Assembly (NCBI GenBank): GCA_043228905.1
Contig: JBHGNT010000014.1
Location: 3,782,001 to 3,846,000, forward strand
Length of the DNA: 64,000 nt
Direction: 5' to 3'
From: Azolla caroliniana
Taxonomy: Eukaryota; Plantae; Polypodiophyta
The stretch's first letter is position 1, and the number at the start of each line of letters is the position of its first letter. The notes beneath the pieces are model-generated. The model was not told where the DNA came from, ran no database searches, and was given only the letters and a program-made list of their open reading frames with translations. This document shows positions 60,885 through 64,000 of this stretch, piece by piece. The position numbers and the translations under genes were made by a program.

Positions 60885-62237
60885 CTACTTCTTGGCCGCC
60901 GTGTGTGCTGGCTGGGCTCGCCGGCTGTTGAGTTCCGGTTCTCTCCGTCTCCAGAGCCGTTGAGTTCCGGTTCTCTCCGTCTCCGGAGCCGTTGGAATGA
61001 CTTCTTCTATAGAAGTCGTCAAGCCCGGTTCTATACGCACCGGTTCCGGTTCCTCCCTTGTGGTTTGCCCAGGTTGAGTTGGGGGCGTTTCCTCCTTTTG
61101 CGGGTCCGAACGCTCCCCCGCTGTCCCGGCGGTCCTACTTCTTGACCGTCGTTGGAGGTGCTCTTCTGGCTCCTCCGTTTCCTCTTCCTGGGTAACGGCA
61201 TGTTTCTGTGCCGTCAAGGGTTCCGGTTCCTTCTGTCCCGGTCGCCGTATGGTTATCTTAACGGGTCCCACCGGTGACACCTCCTCCGGTTCTGGGAGCC
61301 GTTTCTTTCCTTTCGTCGCCTTCGACGCCAGCAGCTGCTGTCGTTTGGACGCGGGCTTGGAAGTGCTTCCTTCCGATACTCTTGGCCGCTTCTTTGGCTG
61401 AACGGTCTCGACCGGCGGCACGAGCAATGTGATCCACTGAGCTACGGCATGCCACAGCTTCCGGCCCTCCTTGCCGTCCTTTCCTCGTACCATGTCGATT
61501 GCCGCGCACAAACCGTCTGCAATCAACACCGGCCAGTCCACCTTGATCCCTTCATAGGTGGCTATGATCATCCCTGCCCGATTTTTTGGCATGACAGGGG
61601 GTCGGGGGTACACGTGGCCGTACTCATGGAGCACTCGAGCTATCTCCCTGAATAGCGGATCTTCGCCGCCCTGCGTTCGATAGCCTTTGCCGGCTACAGA
61701 GTACTCACCGAAATATCGGATGAGTTGCTCCGAGGTTGGGTTATCAATCTGAAAAATACCTCCCTCCGGAAGGCCTGTTAGCGCACGGATCGCTTCTTCG
61801 GTGATGACTTCTGTGTCGAGCTCCTTGATGACCCGGTCGGCTTCTCTGTGCGGTGGTGCCTCCATGATGGTCAAGAACCCATCCAGTCCGTGTTGCCTGA
61901 ACCATTTCCTGGCCGCTTCCGACAGCGTTTGTGGTTCCATGTCTGCTTCGAGGTCGAGGAAAGATGGCGAGGTAGAGTGGTGATGAGAGTGAGAGCGAGA
62001 GAGAGAGCGTTCCGAACGTGGGGTTTCTCTGAGTGCAGGTTCGCGTTTGCTAAGCTTCCACTGCCTTGGTGCTTCTGTGCTTCTTGGCTCGCGAAAAAAG
62101 GTCTCCATGCGTTCTTCTTTTTCTCTGTGCGTCTTGGCGCCTTTTTCGAGCATGCGCACGTCGTGTACCAAATTAGTATTAAGCAATGTGGCGGCTCTTA
62201 AATGCCCACTACGTACCTTTTCGCTCCTTGCTTTCAC
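60885..62237 (-). CDS. Accessory ORF of J, N-terminal part (unknown function; basic NLS-like stretch)
   Basis: 450-aa ORF directly downstream of integrase, with a globular-looking core ITEEAIRALTGLPEGG...VDWPVLI. Confidence 0.65.
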   Translation of the reverse strand: MKARSEKVRSGHLRAATLLNTNLVHDVRMLEKGAKTHREKEERMETFFREPRSTEAPRQWKLSKREPALRETPRSERSLSRSHSHHHSTSPSFLDLEADMEPQTLSEAARKWFRQHGLDGFLTIMEAPPHREADRVIKELDTEVITEEAIRALTGLPEGGIFQIDNPTSEQLIRYFGEYSVAGKGYRTQGGEDPLFREIARVLHEYGHVYPRPPVMPKNRAGMIIATYEGIKVDWPVLIADGLCAAIDMVRGKDGKEGRKLWHAVAQWITLLVPPVETVQPKKRPRVSEGSTSKPASKRQQLLASKATKGKKRLPEPEEVSPVGPVKITIRRPGQKEPEPLTAQKHAVTQEEETEEPEEHLQRRSRSRTAGTAGERSDPQKEETPPTQPGQTTREEPEPVRIEPGLTTSIEEVIPTAPETERTGTQRLWRRREPELNSRRAQPAHTAAKK

Positions 62238-62365
62238 GTCCGTTCATACCTCGATTTTTAATGTTTTTTTTTTTTTAAATGACGGTGTGTGATCTTACAC
62301 ATCCGTAGGTCCCTTCGGACCCTTACCGTTTTCCTTACGGGTTGCCGTGTCTTCCTTCGTCTCTG

Positions 62366-63996
62366 CTACGGGTTCCCGTCGTCTTTTTCTTCCATCCGTA
62401 CCGCTCCCGGACAGGTTCCCGGTATAGTGCCGGTGAGCTGCATAAACGGGTTCTTTGGCATCGGTCCTTTATAGGGCTTTAGTCTAAATCCGTTCACCCA
62501 CTTGCCTAGTACTTCACCGGCAAGTGTCCCTATCTGATAGGACCCGTTGTATTCCCGTGTCAGCCAATACGGGCCTGTCCATCTAAACCGGAGTTTACCC
62601 GACATCTTGCCCATCCTCGTTTGGAATACTAGCACCGGCTTTCCGATTTCGAACATCTTTTCGTTACCTTTCCGGTGACGGTCAACGAACGCTTTCCGTC
62701 GTCGTTGCTCCAGTTCCATGTGTAGGATGCTGGCCAGCCGTTGCTCCTCCAGTTCGCATAGTGTTGCTAGCCGCATTTCCTCCGACTTCTTTTCATTCAG
62801 CCGTTCCCGTAGTTGGATCCGTAAGCTTGGTACCTGAAACTCCACCGGCATGACCGCCTCTAAGCCGAACGCTAACCGGAACGGCGTTGTCTGGATACTT
62901 GTTTTGTATGCCGTTCGGTACGCCCATAGCGCGCTATGGAGCTTTGTATCCCAGTCCATCCGGTTTTCATTGACGATTTTGCGGAGAATGTTCTGCAGCG
63001 TTTTGTTGGTTGACTCTGCTAACCCGTTCGCTTGTGGGTAGTACGGTGTGCTCCGTTTATGGACCACGGCATAGAACGTTGTTAAGCTTTCCACTACCTG
63101 GCCGAGGAAGTGCCCTTCTTGGTCGCTGATTAATTCAATCGGACATCCATATCGGCACCAAATGTTCTCGTACAAGAATTTTGCTGTGGATGACGCGGTA
63201 TTGTCTCTCAAGGCCTTAGCCTCCACCCATTTAGTGCAATAATCCGTTGCCACGATGACATAACGATTACCCGTTCTCATTGCCGGTGGCTTGAACGGTC
63301 CGACAAAATCCAACCCCATTTCTGGAATGGCTCTAGTGGAAGTACCGGTTGGTGTGGCATCCGTGCTTGCTCCGTAGGCTGGCCCATTCGTTGGCATAGG
63401 TCACATTCCTTAGCATACTTGACGACGTCTTTTAACATCGTGGGCCACCATAACCCGCTCTGCCATACTTTCCTTGCCGTCGCTTCCCCGGCATAGTGTC
63501 CTCCAGCAACCCCACAGTGTGCTTCCCGTAAGATTACTTGTTTCTCGTCACTACGGACTGCCCGTCTCCATATTCCATCTGCTCCCTTGTGGTAGAGAGT
63601 GTCCCGTAACAGACAGAAATTGCGGCTCTGCACCGCCAGTCGTTTCCTCTCGTCCCGGTTCATTTCCTCCGGTGGCAGGCCCGTGCTTAGGAACTGGTGC
63701 ATGTTTGTCAGCCACCTATCTTCTGATGCCACCGTGTCGTCCGCTGCCGTTTCCGGGGTGATACGGAATAACTCTGCGTCCAAGAATTCATCCGCTACTC
63801 CGTCGCCTGATTCTCCGGACTCTAACCGGCTCAGATAGTCTGCTACGGCATGCTGGATACCGGGCCGGTGGAAAATCTCGAATTCGAACTCCTGCAACAG
63901 CAAGGTCCAACGGGCCAACTTACCGGTCAGGGACACCTTGGACACTAAGTACAGGAGCGCCGAGTGATCCACATGAAAGGAGAACTTCCTTCCCAA
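62366..63996 (-). pseudogene. RNase H C-terminus and integrase of J, with one frameshift near 63315
   Basis: VDHSAL, ADYLSR, H-H-C-C, LDFVGP, ISDQ, QANGLAE and GPY motifs in ORFs 63277-63996 and 62366-63397. Confidence 0.9.
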
Positions 63997-64000
63997 TAGG

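Larger units (their letters stand above)
58771..64000 (-). mobile_element. Ty3/gypsy element J (partial; LTR 58771-59189). ORFs on minus, PBS on plus.
   Basis: TGTTA...TAACA LTR matching the solo LTR at 26803. tggcacgcccgtgggac at 59192. Minus-strand RNase H/integrase and accessory ORFs. Confidence 0.85.

Overview
Eukaryotic land-plant DNA (probably a fern or other seed-free plant; this is inference from the TE types). It holds one host gene: a 5-exon nucleotide-sugar transporter of the UDP-rhamnose/UDP-galactose (URGT) type, minus strand, 1739-3595. The remaining ~60 kb is a deeply nested stack of retroelements. These are four decayed Ty1/copia elements (A-D), one intact young copia (E, 30852-36475) and an intact young chromovirus (F, 36937-42706) with Tf1-type self-priming and a -1 frameshift pseudoknot. 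There is also a tRNA-Trp-primed gypsy lineage with 4-bp CpG-centred target duplications, several solo LTRs, and RTE/RTEX-like LINE fragments sitting at microsatellites. The most unusual signal is a Ty3/gypsy family with three PBS-bearing copies (I, J, K) plus a solo LTR. Its tRNA-Arg PBS (and, in one copy, its PPT) lies on the strand opposite to the LTR TATA box in all three copies, and opposite to the integrase and accessory ORFs in J. The second is a set of antisense tRNA-like A-box/B-box modules in the U3 of three different LTR types. All coordinates were read by eye.
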